This document shows positions 31,780 through 41,997 of a stretch of DNA of 64,000 bases, in pieces (within the stretch, counting starts at the first letter, position 1; every line of letters starts with the position of its first letter). The notes under the pieces are model-generated. The model was not told the origin of the DNA. It saw only the letters and a program-made list of their open reading frames with translations, and did not search any database. The DNA is taken from NCBI GenBank assembly GCA_965262915.1, contig OZ253564.1, positions 640,001-704,000 on the forward strand. Direction: 5' to 3'. Position numbers and translations under genes: made by a program. The stretch is from Candidatus Spongiisociaceae bacterium (GTDB lineage Bacteria; Actinomycetota; Acidimicrobiia; Spongiisociales; Spongiisociaceae).

Positions 31780-31995
31780 TCAGCTGATCAGCGATAGCAC
31801 AACGTCGGGTGTCGTCGATGCGTTGTAAACGGTGAGGTCGGAGAGCTTGACGCGGCGGCGGTTGCCCACCCGACGATGCGGTATGTTGCCTTCATCTAGG
31901 TGTCTCACGAGATACGGCCTGGAAACGTTCAACAGGTCGGTGGCCTGGGCCACGTCCACCAGAGGCAGGTCCTGGCGCCGGCGCCCGGCCGCCAC
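31780..31995 (-). pseudogene. Excisionase-like HTH fragment fused to a copy of the aminotransferase 5' end
   Basis: [30 protein letters not shown] preceded by [17 protein letters not shown], identical to the 42929-44122 N-terminus. Confidence 0.7.
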
Positions 31996-32221
31996 CGAGG
32001 ACCGTAACTCGCTGATCGGCGAGCTGACCGTGGCCAGGACCCGCTGAACCTCGGAGACACCCCCCCCATCCGTGAACCCCCGTCCGTTGCGAACCTTGCC
32101 GGCGTCCCACGACAGCAGGAACTACATGGGCAACTCGACGGGCTGCTGCCCGGTTCCGGCCCTCACAGGGCGTGAGGTCAGGGTGTTCCGGCGCCCTTCG
32201 GAGCGATCAACCGGTCGGGTC

Positions 32222-32605
32222 GCTTGGGCTGGAGTGGAAGCGGTTGTATCCCACGAGACCGCACTGGAGGTTCACCGAATTCGAGTGACGACACCGCTGC
32301 GGACACCGGTCGATGTCGCTGCTGTCGGCGTCGACGGCGACCAGCTTGACCGTGCGATCGAGGAGGCTCGCGATCTCGGTGTGCTCACGCCCCGTCAGCT
32401 CCGCGAACGAGCCGAGGCAGCGGACATCAAAGCCGCGCTGCGCATCGAGCAGTCTCTCGGGAGGCTCGGCCTCTGATGCGCTACCGAAGCCCGGCAGCAC
32501 TGCACATGGCGCTTGGACAGTGCCTTCTCAACGAGTCCCGGGACTCCGGTTATCAGCCTTTATCGGCTTCGCCAGCCGGCGATGTATGAGCGAATCGGCT
32601 GTCGA
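32222..32605 (+). pseudogene. Decayed duplicate of abiEi 3' half and abiEii start
   Basis: Near-identical to about 27736-28240, with an internal deletion. Confidence 0.85.
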
Positions 32606-32836
32606 TGCCCCGGTCAAGCACACCGTGGAACTGCAACGGGCTGACCACCGGGTGGTGAGGGCCCTTCGTTGCGGCCCTCGAGGCGGGAGCGATCCAGGTG
32701 TCGATTGCGGACGCTGCAAGATGGACAGTTACCCGCGTCCGGAAACGCTTGAGCCGGTACCGCCAAGACGAGCGGTAGGACCGTTATAAAGGGAGGCGCG
32801 CCCTCGCCGACCTCTAGCAGCCGTGCGTCGGCAGGT

Positions 32837-33248
32837 TCAGACGGAGAAGGTGAAACGGCCGGCAAAGTCGACCGTTAACACTCCCTTACAGATGATATCC
32901 CTACCGATCAGCACGTCGAAAAAAGGGGAGCCGGATCCAAAGGCAGTCACTTGGTGGTCCGGGATACCGATGTGCTGTGAACCGAACTGCAGCAAGAGAT
33001 CTACGAGGTACTGGTTAGCGACGGCGGTACCGGTGGCCCCCACTACTTGCATCTTGCCGGTGGGCTGCAACCCCAGGAAGGACGTCACCCCCTCAGAGAT
33101 GCACGTCGCGTCGGCGCCGGTGTCTACAAGGCCCGAGAACACCCTTGCCTCGCCTTGAGGCTGCTGCTCTAGCGTTCCGCCCGGTAGGGACGGCTACCTG
33201 GAGCAAGATACCGACGGTTGGGTCGTACTCGCCGCTAAGACACGGCAT
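32837..33248 (-). CDS. Clan AA (retropepsin-like) aspartic protease, apparent frameshift near the 5' end
   Basis: GLVDTGADATCIS and VLIGRDII motifs; ATG at 33248 (MPCLSGEYDP) overlaps the upstream gene but is one base out of frame. Confidence 0.8.
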
Positions 33249-33489
33249 GGGAGAACCATCCCAGATCTACAGGCCGGTCGGTGACCTCCTGTACCGAGTA
33301 ACAGTCCTCCGGGTAGAGATTGACTCCCGCCAGGTGAGCATCCCGCGCGGTGTCAAACGCGGCGGTGAGCGCGCCATCGTGAAGGAGCGCCCACTGGTTC
33401 GCGTGAGTTCTTATCAGACCGGGAAGCAAAGCCACGAAGGCCTCGTAGTTACGGTCCACTTCCTTCTGAGCTTCTGTCTTCGTCACCAT
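33235..33489 (-). CDS. Small DUF5678-like protein
   Basis: NYEAF..LLPGL..HANQWALLHDG..FDTARDA..G pattern; overlaps the protease start. Confidence 0.65.
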   Translation of the reverse strand: MVTKTEAQKEVDRNYEAFVALLPGLIRTHANQWALLHDGALTAAFDTARDAHLAGVNLYPEDCYSVQEVTDRPVDLGWFSHAVS

Positions 33490-33784
33490 TTTCCTCTAGT
33501 ACCCCTCGGTCGGTGAGGGCCGCCACCCTACTACGGCGCCCGAGGTACGTTTCGGCCCCACCTCGGCGGTGTTCGGGTCAAGTCCATCTTCTGTCGAGCC
33601 TAACCGGCTGTAGCTCGGGCCGGGATCAGCTAGCCGGGCAGCCCCGGCCTTTTCTGCATGGTGGCGCTCCACGCCCCGCCGCCCCCCTGCGCTCCCAGGC
33701 AACCCCACCAATGCCCGCCAGCAGCCCGACCCGGAACCCGAACCGGAAGCACTTGATGTCAGCTGTCACCGGTCTTCCTTACCG

Positions 33785-34126
33785 TCATCGATCTCCTCGG
33801 CGAAGAGGAAATCCCCATGGACGGTAGACCCTGTGCCAGACGACTCGCTCAGAGCTTCGATGTCGACGCATTCCGACTGGCCTGCAGTCATCGCCAGTCT
33901 CTTGAAGGATCGATCGTCCCTTACCACCTAGCGAACTTAGCAGCGCCTCTCTGGACTGATCGGCGTCCTTAGCACCCAAGACGTGGACGACCTGCTCAAG
34001 GTAGGCCAGACGTTCCGCATTGCGAGCGTTCATCCGAGCCCCACCAGCCCAAAGATGCATGGACCGCTCACTAACACCGAACAGGCGTCTCAGCTGATCC
34101 CAGGTCAGACCTGATTGGTTCTTCAA
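33785..34126 (-). pseudogene. XRE-type HTH protein remnant
   Basis: SGLTWDQLRRLFGVSERSMHLWAGGARM. Confidence 0.6.
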
Positions 34127-34368
34127 CCGACGGACCCGTGACGCCGCAAGCGGCTTGGGATGCGGATCGCCCTTGAGGCTTCGAACAAGTGAACCATTCG
34201 AAGATGTGGATGCATCCGTCGCGACGCGAGCAGCTACGTATTCCCACGAACCATCGAAGACTGCCCACGCCAGGCGGCACCGCGGTTGAGTCAGGTCCGG
34301 GGGGTCGGTGTACGGGTCGCGCGGAACGCATCGGACCGTCGCCGCCGACCACTGCGGGGATGGGCCCG

Positions 34369-34800
34369 CTACGACCTTCGTCGTTGACGCCGCCGCCTAT
34401 GCCCCTTGCGGTGCGGTCTGGACCCGTTGTTCACGAACGCGCCGACCAAGAGCAGGAGTACGGCGATCAGGAGGACTCCCAGCATTATGGGTATCGCCGC
34501 CAACGCCGAGATGACGAGCCCGGCGACGGCCCACTCCCGTCCCTCCTTCGCGCCCCGGGCGCCGTGGAGCCCCGCCCAGGACAGCGACGCCCCCACCAGG
34601 ATCAGGATCACGCACCACGTCACCGGCTGCCCTGACGCCAGGAACCTCACCAGGTTCGACCAGGTCCACCCGTGGCTGAACCACCAGGCGGTCTGCAGCG
34701 CCGCGGCGGCTAGGGCGACGACGAAGCCCGCTACGGGTAGGGTGCCCGACCAACCGGGATGCGGTCGGTAGACCTCTAGATATTCTCGTGTAGCCATCAC
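34369..34800 (-). CDS. Small membrane protein (paralogue of 52434-52862)
   Basis: Three or four hydrophobic segments; GGAGAGG upstream; conserved duplicate. Confidence 0.7.
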   Translation of the reverse strand: MMATREYLEVYRPHPGWSGTLPVAGFVVALAAAALQTAWWFSHGWTWSNLVRFLASGQPVTWCVILILVGASLSWAGLHGARGAKEGREWAVAGLVISALAAIPIMLGVLLIAVLLLLVGAFVNNGSRPHRKGHRRRRQRRRS

Positions 34801-34952
34801 ACACCTCTCCTGCGGGTGCGGTATCCATATCTGTGTGATTCCAACTGTATGGGGTGGGTGTGACAGATCGCCGCGGCAAGGTCTGCCGATCCTCCCGATA
34901 TGCTCCCCCCGGTACTAGCGGATGGCCCCGAGCAACGGGCCGGGCGCCACGG

Positions 34953-35276
34953 CTACGGGTGGAGACGGACTGGACGGGGAGGGGGCCCGTTCCAGCCTCG
35001 CGCCACCAGCTCGGAGAGCTTGAGGCCCGCGTCGGAGGCCGATGCGGGCAGCCGCCGAGCAGTGGTCACTCCGGTCACTTCGCGGCGCAGAACCAAACCA
35101 CAGTCAGCCCCGAGGTAGTCGATCAACTCCGGATGATGCGAGCAGATCACCGCCTGTGAAGGTGTCTCCTCGCAGAGGTCGACCAACTCCATCAGCCATG
35201 GCCGGAGTTCGGCAAGAGCCACGTAATTGTCGGCCTCGTCGAGAAACTACAGGATTCCGTTTCCGTTCTGTCCTAG
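34953..35276 (-). pseudogene. ABC/AAA_21-type ATPase, C-terminal part
   Basis: FLDEADNYV (Walker B), ICSHHPELID; joins 39606-40449 at CTAG. Confidence 0.8.
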
Positions 35277-35959
35277 GGCCTATTGACACTGCGTAGGGCT
35301 TCGGTTATCAGCACGAAGGTGATGAACCCGATGTAGATCACGTTGAGTTTGTCGTAGCGGGAGAAGATACGGCGGTATCGGTTCAGCCAGCGGAACAGTC
35401 GCTCTACCTGGTTGCGTCTCTTGTACATCTGTCGGTTGTAGTCCCACGGTGTTTTGCGGTTGCTCTTGGGAGGAACCACCGGGGTGTAGCCGAGTTCGAG
35501 CGCGAGTCGTCGTGTCTCGTCGCCTTCATAGGCACGGTCCATCACCAAGAACCGCTCGTCGGGTTGGGGACCCCCTTTTTTGTGGGGTGCCGGTACCGTC
35601 GGGATGGACCTTGACGATTGTGGAGTCGATCCCGACGGCTTCGGTGTTGAGGTTTATGGTCCCTTCTTGGGCTAACCCCTTCAGTATCCGGTCTAGGACT
35701 CCGTTTCGGGTCCAGCGGTTCATCCGCTTATAGATGGTGTACCACTTACCGAACCGCGGTGGGCGTCCCCGCCATTTTGCAGCCGTGTTCCGCCACATAG
35801 AGGAACGCGTTGAGCATGTCAAGGTTTGATATCTTGACGTTGCCGCGCTGTGTCGGGAATAGATGAACGATACGGTCGTATTGTTCTTGCGTAACCGTCA
35901 TACATAGATTATATCGAAATCTACCAAAAAACGCGAGCGTCGGATAGCGTCAACAGGCC
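35277..35959 (-). mobile_element. IS5-family element, internally deleted
   Basis: IRs GGCCTATTGACACT / AGCGTCAACAGGCC flanked by CTAG; IDSTIVKVH, MDRAYEGD, YKRRNQVERLF. Confidence 0.88.
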
Positions 35960-36140
35960 CTAGATCAACGTCGCCCAAGCCTACCAGCATCTCGCACATG
36001 CGCGCAGGGGTCAGCTTCCACAGGGATCCTCCCGACTCGGATGTCGTTGCTTTAAACCTGAGTATCGAGGACCCCTGTTCACTCCTGGTGGATTACGACC
36101 CCCTGACACATCCCCCTACTCCCGATCCACTCACCAAGGG
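35960..36140 (-). mobile_element. ISL3 5'-end remnant
   Basis: Homologous to 17021-17190 (EADPARMCEMLVGLGDVDL); breaks at CTAG and continues at 39609. Confidence 0.8.
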
Positions 36141-36192
36141 ACTGTTACGGTGACTGCACCATCACACGCCTCGCGCCTTTGCTGGGAGCCCC

Positions 36193-37023
36193 ATGGCCAT
36201 TCTGTTAGCTGCCCTGACTTCTGTCTTCTACGGGGTGTTTGACTTCGCCGGTGGGATGGCCACCCGTCGTGCCTCTGTGTTTGCCGTTGTTTTTTGGTCC
36301 AATGTCATGGGTCTGGCACTTTCGGGTTTTATTGCGTTCGTTTACCATCAGGTGTTCGGGGCCACCGTCACTCTCTCCGACCTGGCCTGGGGAGCATTGA
36401 GCGGCGTAGCCGCGGTCGCCGGGGTGGTCGCCTACTACGAGGGGTTGGCAAAGGGCCAGATGGCGGTGGTTGCTCCGGTATCGGCCGTCACCCTGGCATT
36501 GGTCCCTCTCCTGTTTGGGTTCCTGACCGGAGAACGCTACGACTTGTTGGCGTGGATAGGGGTTGTGATTGCCGCCCCTGCCCTGTGGCTGACCGTTGCG
36601 ACTCCGACCCGTGAAGACCGTCCGGGGAAGGCGATTTACGGTCTCGCAGCCGGTTTGGGCTTCTCGTTGATGTTCATCGGCCTCGCGCAAGTCTCAAGCG
36701 ACGCCGGAATGTGGACGTTGATTCCCTTCAAGTGCGCCAGCGTCGCCGTAGCAGGTGTCCTGATCAAAGTGCGGGGAATTCCGCTCGGCCTGCCAAGGAA
36801 GAATCTCCTTTTGGCGTTCGCTGCCGGGGGTTCAGTGTTGGCCAACCTCACCTACCTGCTGGCGGTGCGATTCGGGCCACTGGGACTTGTGGCGGTTGCG
36901 TCGTCCCTCTACCCGGCTGTGGTAGTCGTTATGGCCTTCTTGGTCTATAAAGAAAAAGCTCCTCCCCAACGCATCGCAGGCCTCGTGCTATCCCTAGTAG
37001 CCCTGTCCCTGATCGCCCTTTGA
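36193..37023 (+). CDS. EamA/DMT-family transporter
   Basis: Ten hydrophobic segments; GQMAVVAPVSA, SSLYPAVVV..YKEK. Confidence 0.9.
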   Translation: MAILLAALTSVFYGVFDFAGGMATRRASVFAVVFWSNVMGLALSGFIAFVYHQVFGATVTLSDLAWGALSGVAAVAGVVAYYEGLAKGQMAVVAPVSAVTLALVPLLFGFLTGERYDLLAWIGVVIAAPALWLTVATPTREDRPGKAIYGLAAGLGFSLMFIGLAQVSSDAGMWTLIPFKCASVAVAGVLIKVRGIPLGLPRKNLLLAFAAGGSVLANLTYLLAVRFGPLGLVAVASSLYPAVVVVMAFLVYKEKAPPQRIAGLVLSLVALSLIAL

Positions 37024-37265
37024 GCTAGTTGGACTGTCGGGGCGGGATTCGAGTTCCACCTTGTCGAGCGTGTCCCTCAACTGGTGGTGGGCTATCACGC
37101 GGTAATGGGGCTCATCGCGTTTTAGTGGGGTGTGACGGTGGCGAGTGGGTCCCAGTTGGGTTTCCCCGCGTACAGGAGTGCCCGGATTAGGTAGTTCGCG
37201 AAGTTGCGGAACCCGAAGGCTGCTCGTTTGATGCGTTTGATGGCTCATCGATGCTCCTATGGTTG

Positions 37266-38495
37266 TCAAATCGATGATGGGGCGGTTTGGTGGGTGTGCA
37301 GCCAGTTCTGGTATCGGGTGGCGAGGTGGTGGTTGTGGTCTCGGCCGTGTTCGAGTGCTGAGATGCGATTGGGGTGGGTTCCGACGGCTTGGGCGGTCTG
37401 GGTGAGGGTGATGCCGCGTTGTTGGCGTCGGGTGCGTAGGCGGGCGCAGTTCGGGGTTGGGTGCGGGTTGGTGAGGAGCCGGTAGATTTCTCGGGCGATG
37501 TGCCGCTTGAGGCAGCGGATGATCTCCTTTTTCTTCTTGCCCTCGGCCTTGCGTCGTGCCACGTAGGCTTTGGTGGCGGCGTCGGTGCGCATCCGGGTGG
37601 TAGCGATCCGCCATAGCGCGTTGTTGGCTTGGCGGTTGCCGCCCCGGTTGAGACGATGCCGAAGGGTTCGTCCTGATGACGCCTGGACGGGGCTGGCGCC
37701 GCACAGCGCCGCGAAAGACCGTTCCGATTTCATTCGCTTGGGGTTGTCGCCGGCGGCGACCAACAACGCGGCGGCTGTGTCAGGACCGACACCTTCTGTG
37801 GCCAGCAGGGCCGGGTTGGCCTGGGCGCAGAGACGCCGGATCTCGGCTTCGAGTTGGGCGATCTCTACGTCGAGGGCCTGATACCGGCGGGCCAAATGCT
37901 GTAGGGCACGCTTCGCATACGCGGTGGTGGTGTGGTCTGTGCCGGGTCGGAACCGGGCACAGGTTTTGACCCGTGCTTTGAGATTCATGCCCTTTAGCTG
38001 GTGTTTTAGCGGCTCGGGAGCTGTTACGACCAGCGCATGTATCTGGTTAGCGGCCTGGGTGCGGGCCTTGACCGCGGAGCGGCGCACCACCCACAGCATC
38101 CGTATGCACTCGACCGGGCCCACACCGGACTTGGGAACCGCGGTTGCTTCGCCCGAGGCAGCTGCCCGAGCTGCCGCCTCGGCGTCGACGCTGTCGGTCT
38201 TGCCGCCCTTCTGGCGGCGTAGTTGGCGGTTGGGGCGGTTGACCTCCACCACCTCGATGTTCATCTCGGTCAGGTAACGGGCCAGGCCGGCGCCGTAACT
38301 ACCCGTTCCTTCCACCCCAACCCGAACCAACTGTCCCCGCGACTCGAACCAGGTGACCATTCGCCGATAACCGGATTCCTCCACCGCGAAAGACTCCGAT
38401 CCCAGTACCCGCCCGACGCCATCCACCACCGCTGCTACGTGGACGTCCCGATGGGTGTCAACCCCACCGTAGATAATCTGGTCTGCTTCTCCCAT
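37266..38495 (-). CDS. IS110 bridge recombinase with C-terminal XRE-like HTH
   Basis: DEDD (GVDTH, GVEGT, KTDSVD), ASSG serine loop, then LRTRRQQRGITLTQTAQAVGTHPNRISALEHG. Confidence 0.95.
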   Translation of the reverse strand: MGEADQIIYGGVDTHRDVHVAAVVDGVGRVLGSESFAVEESGYRRMVTWFESRGQLVRVGVEGTGSYGAGLARYLTEMNIEVVEVNRPNRQLRRQKGGKTDSVDAEAAARAAASGEATAVPKSGVGPVECIRMLWVVRRSAVKARTQAANQIHALVVTAPEPLKHQLKGMNLKARVKTCARFRPGTDHTTTAYAKRALQHLARRYQALDVEIAQLEAEIRRLCAQANPALLATEGVGPDTAAALLVAAGDNPKRMKSERSFAALCGASPVQASSGRTLRHRLNRGGNRQANNALWRIATTRMRTDAATKAYVARRKAEGKKKKEIIRCLKRHIAREIYRLLTNPHPTPNCARLRTRRQQRGITLTQTAQAVGTHPNRISALEHGRDHNHHLATRYQNWLHTHQTAPSSI

Positions 38496-38529
38496 GATGC
38501 TCTTCTCCTCTAGGGGATAGAATCATTTC

Positions 38530-38710
38530 CGATCCCCGGACCCGTGTGCGGTTGGACAGGCCACTCACGGTGGAGAAGTTGAAGGCTCCTATTAGGTCAC
38601 ATCCGCCCCGGGTCAGGGGGTTACGCCCCAGGCCGGGAACGGGCCGACAGATCGATGAAAAGGCACAAGGCCAGATTTCAGTTGGGTCAGACCCGTCCCA
38701 GCCCAGGAAC
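38530..38710 (-). ncRNA. Putative IS110 bridge RNA, copy 3 (boundaries approximate)
   Basis: Guides ACTGAAATC (38674-38682) and TCATCG (38653-38658); donor guides ATAGGAGC and TGAGTG. Confidence 0.8.
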
Positions 38711-39605
38711 CCTCCAATTATGAGTGGATTTCAGTGGGGAGTGACCGATGCGAGGAGGTCCCAGTTGGGTTTCCCCGCATATAGGAGTGCCCGGATTAGG
38801 TAGTTCGCGAAGTTGCGGAACCCGAACGCGATGCGTTTGATCCGCTTTATGAGGTTGTTGAGGGCTTCGGTGGGTCCGTTGGTTACCTTCGAGATGTGCC
38901 AGATGGTGATCTGGGGGGTCCAGCGGCCGATGGTGCGGCCCAGCTTGTTGATCTCGGGTGGGCATGATTCGTCCTGGAGGTCGTCTGCAAGCTGGAGGGT
39001 GTATCGGATAGCCAGGGCGGGGCTGTCGATCTCGTAGATGCCTCGGACGGTTTCCTTGGCGTGCCAGGCGGTGCGGACTTCTCCGTGGGGGTCACCGGCT
39101 TCGAGGAGACCACGCAGGCGGGTCTGACCGCGGTGGCTGATCCGTTCGTGGGCGGTGGTCAGTAGCCGCCGTATGCGATAAAGGGGGTCTGGTTTCCGGC
39201 CTCTGTGTCCGAGGGTTTCGTTCTGGACCCTTGCGTACTTCGTCGAGTCGCTGGTTAGCTAGGCGGATGACGTGGAACGGGTCTGCTACCTGCAGAGCGT
39301 TCGGCAGCACCCGGTCATAGGCCCGTTCGATACGGGCCCGACATGTCCAACACAGCCCGGCGGATCCCGTCGCGCCACTCCACCGGTTGTGATCGGAACC
39401 ACCCGGCGGCGCTCTCGGCACGTCCAGCGGCGCTTCCGCTAACAGAGACGAACCGGCCGGCCGAACGCAGGCAAATCCACCAACACCACGCTCCGATATC
39501 CCTTGGACCACACCCCTCCGCCACAGGCCTCACAGACCGGACGGGCCTTACGGGAGCGGATCACCACCTCCAACGGACCCTCACTGCCCGCGTTGATGAT
39601 CCCGA

Positions 39606-40449
39606 CTAGTTGGAGCAGCGCGTACAGTACGACCAGGGTCTGCTGCCCGTCCTAGAGACGCAACCTGCAGTGCCCCCCGTTCCGAGAGCGTCCGCCACCG
39701 TGGGCGACGAAGTCGAGCAACATTGCCCGCGTGTCCAGCCCGGCCTGCCGGAGGTGGACATCGTGGAAGCCGTCGACAGAAGGCCGTAGAGCCTCGACAT
39801 GGGCCCGGGCCAACCGGGGGTTCTCCTGGACGGCGTGGCGATACCAGTCCACGAAGTTGCCCGCGTATCGATCGACGAGCCTGGCTTCCCCGGTCGACTC
39901 GGCGCGCAGTCCCGCCGGACGGATGGTGCAGACCACCGTGTCCCGGATCGTATCCATGAACGCCGTGAGGCGGGTGTTACCCGGTTGCGGCACGACGCGG
40001 GCCAGAGCGGACTCGCTCCGGTCAGCCTTGTAGACCGGCCCTTCGGAGCCGTCGTCACGGAAGAGCCTCACCTCGCCGAGATCGAATCGGAACAACGTAG
40101 TCCCAATTCCGACGAGGCTCTCCTCGATGATGCGGGAACGCTTACCGCCCTCATCGTGCTCGATGTCGAGCCGGTAGATGAAGGACTCGCCGCCGATCCC
40201 GGCCTGAACCTCGAACACCTGGTTACGTCTCGCCTGCCAACGTGTGAGGGTGGACGGATGGAAGGCGACCCGATCGTCGATCTTGATCTCGCCCGCCAGC
40301 AACTTGCGGAGCGCGAAAATCACATCGGGGACGGACGTCTTGCCCACACCGTTTCCGCCGAGAAGCAGGACGGTGTTCTGCAACCTCAGATCGAACTCGA
40401 CCAGGCACTTGTAGTTGTGGATGTAGATCCGCTCGAACACGGGTGCCAT
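39606..40449 (-). pseudogene. ABC/AAA_21-type ATPase, N-terminal part
   Basis: IYIHNYKCL..LLGGNGVGKTS Walker A; DGQQTLVVLYALL signature remnant. Confidence 0.85.
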
Positions 40450-40684
40450 GGTACCCGCCACCCCGAGTACCACTCCGGAGAGCCGGGGATCGAAGGGCCG
40501 GACGGACGGCCGGAACGGCGCTCACCGGCTTCGGGTTGTCGGCCCGGCGCCGTCCGCTCACCCGGACGGTTCGTCGGACCATCCCTCCTGGTTGCGGATC
40601 ATCTCCCGGAGATAGGCGGGCACCCGTTTGGGGCGCATGGTCTCGTGGTCGACGATGACCTGCACCTGGCGTCCCTCCACCAGC

Positions 40685-41327
40685 GTCTCGCTTGTTCTGC
40701 GGTTGCTAGGTCGCTTGCGTTGGGTGGTTCGGAGAGTTGCGCAAGGGTTTCTTCGGTGCTTGAGAGTTGGCCGAGGGCGGTTGCGACGGCCTGTTCCGCG
40801 CTTGCCAGGTCACTCGCGCTCGGTGGTTCCGAGAGCCGCGCCAACGCCTGCTCGGCACTCGTCACCTGCGACTCCGCGGACTCGATCGACTGTCTCGCGG
40901 AGGCGACCTCGGATGCCGCGGCGGTGGCCAGAAGCGCGTCGAGCCGCAGTTGGGCGAGGCGAAGCTGCACCTCAGCCGTCTCGATCCGCCGCTGCGCGTC
41001 CGAGTCATCCAGCGCCGCCAGCGTGTCGCCGGCCTTCACGGCTTCGCCGGTCTCGACGGCGACCGAGACGACGGTGCCCTCAGCCTCGAAGTTGAGGTCG
41101 GCGCTGCGCTCGGCTACCGCCGAGCCGGACAGGTCCACCGTGGTGCTCAGTTGACCGGTCGTGGCCTCGACTCGTTCCGGCTCGGCCACGACGACGGACT
41201 CGTCCGGCTGGAGGAACAGGAAGACGCCGATCCCTGCCCCGACAACCAATACGGCGACAATCGGGAGCAGCCAACCCCTCCTAGAGCGCCGCCCTCGAAT
41301 CAAGGCATCGATGTCTACATCACTCAT
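40685..41327 (-). pseudogene. Efflux RND periplasmic adaptor (HlyD-like), truncated
   Basis: N-terminal TM, EGTVVSVAVETGEAVKAGDTLAALD lipoyl half, coiled-coil repeats; C-terminus missing. Confidence 0.75.
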
Positions 41328-41997
41328 GTCGACCTCTCATTCTCCGGAGGGTCAGGCGAGCGACGCTCACCTGGAAAGGGAGGGGCACAGGAGCATTCAT
41401 GAGCTCCCACACTGGTGTAGGTCGGGTGTGTGGCACAGCCGGTGGCTGTGGCCGGGTCGCCTGCCATCGTTGTTTCGGTCTCATATCAAACTCTCCCCTC
41501 CTGCCTGATCCCGCCTGACAGAGACGGATCCGCTTCCACTCCTATGCCTTTCGGCGCCGCGCCGCTGTACGGGATCAGTGAGGCTTCTCTTCGATGGCGG
41601 AGGCAAGGGCGTCCGGTTGCTCATGGGTGACCGTCCGTCTTCCACAAAGTCTTCGAGGACCTCCTCGAAGACCCCATCCTGCCGCACGATCCCTCTCGTC
41701 CGGTCGCCTGCCGTCCGGTATCGGCCCCGGCGGCGGCGCCGGAATGGCAGAACCGTTGACACAGCTACCCGGATGATGATCCGGCACGGAACTTCTGCGT
41801 TCATGTGTGGTCATGTAGCGATCATCTTGCAGCTCGAACCTGTGAATTCCCTGAGAAGAACCTGAGAACTTACCGAGGATTGCGAGACCGGCCCCCCGGG
41901 GCCTTCGTCAGTGGCCCCCCGGGGAAACAGCAGCCCAGGCCGACCGTCGGAGGAGGTGACAGTGATGGGACCGTTCTCCGCCGCGCACACGCATCCT

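Larger units (their letters stand above)
37250..38725 (-). mobile_element. IS110-family element, copy 3 (intact)
   Basis: Same ends as copies 1 and 2; removal restores GGCTCATCGGATTTCAGTGGGG. Confidence 0.95.
37109..39609 (-). mobile_element. ISL3 3' fragment (37109-37241) plus a deleted ISL3 (37242-39609) carrying IS110 in its right IR
   Basis: Two GGCTCATCG ends; frameshifted ISL3 transposase 38731-39609. Confidence 0.85.
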
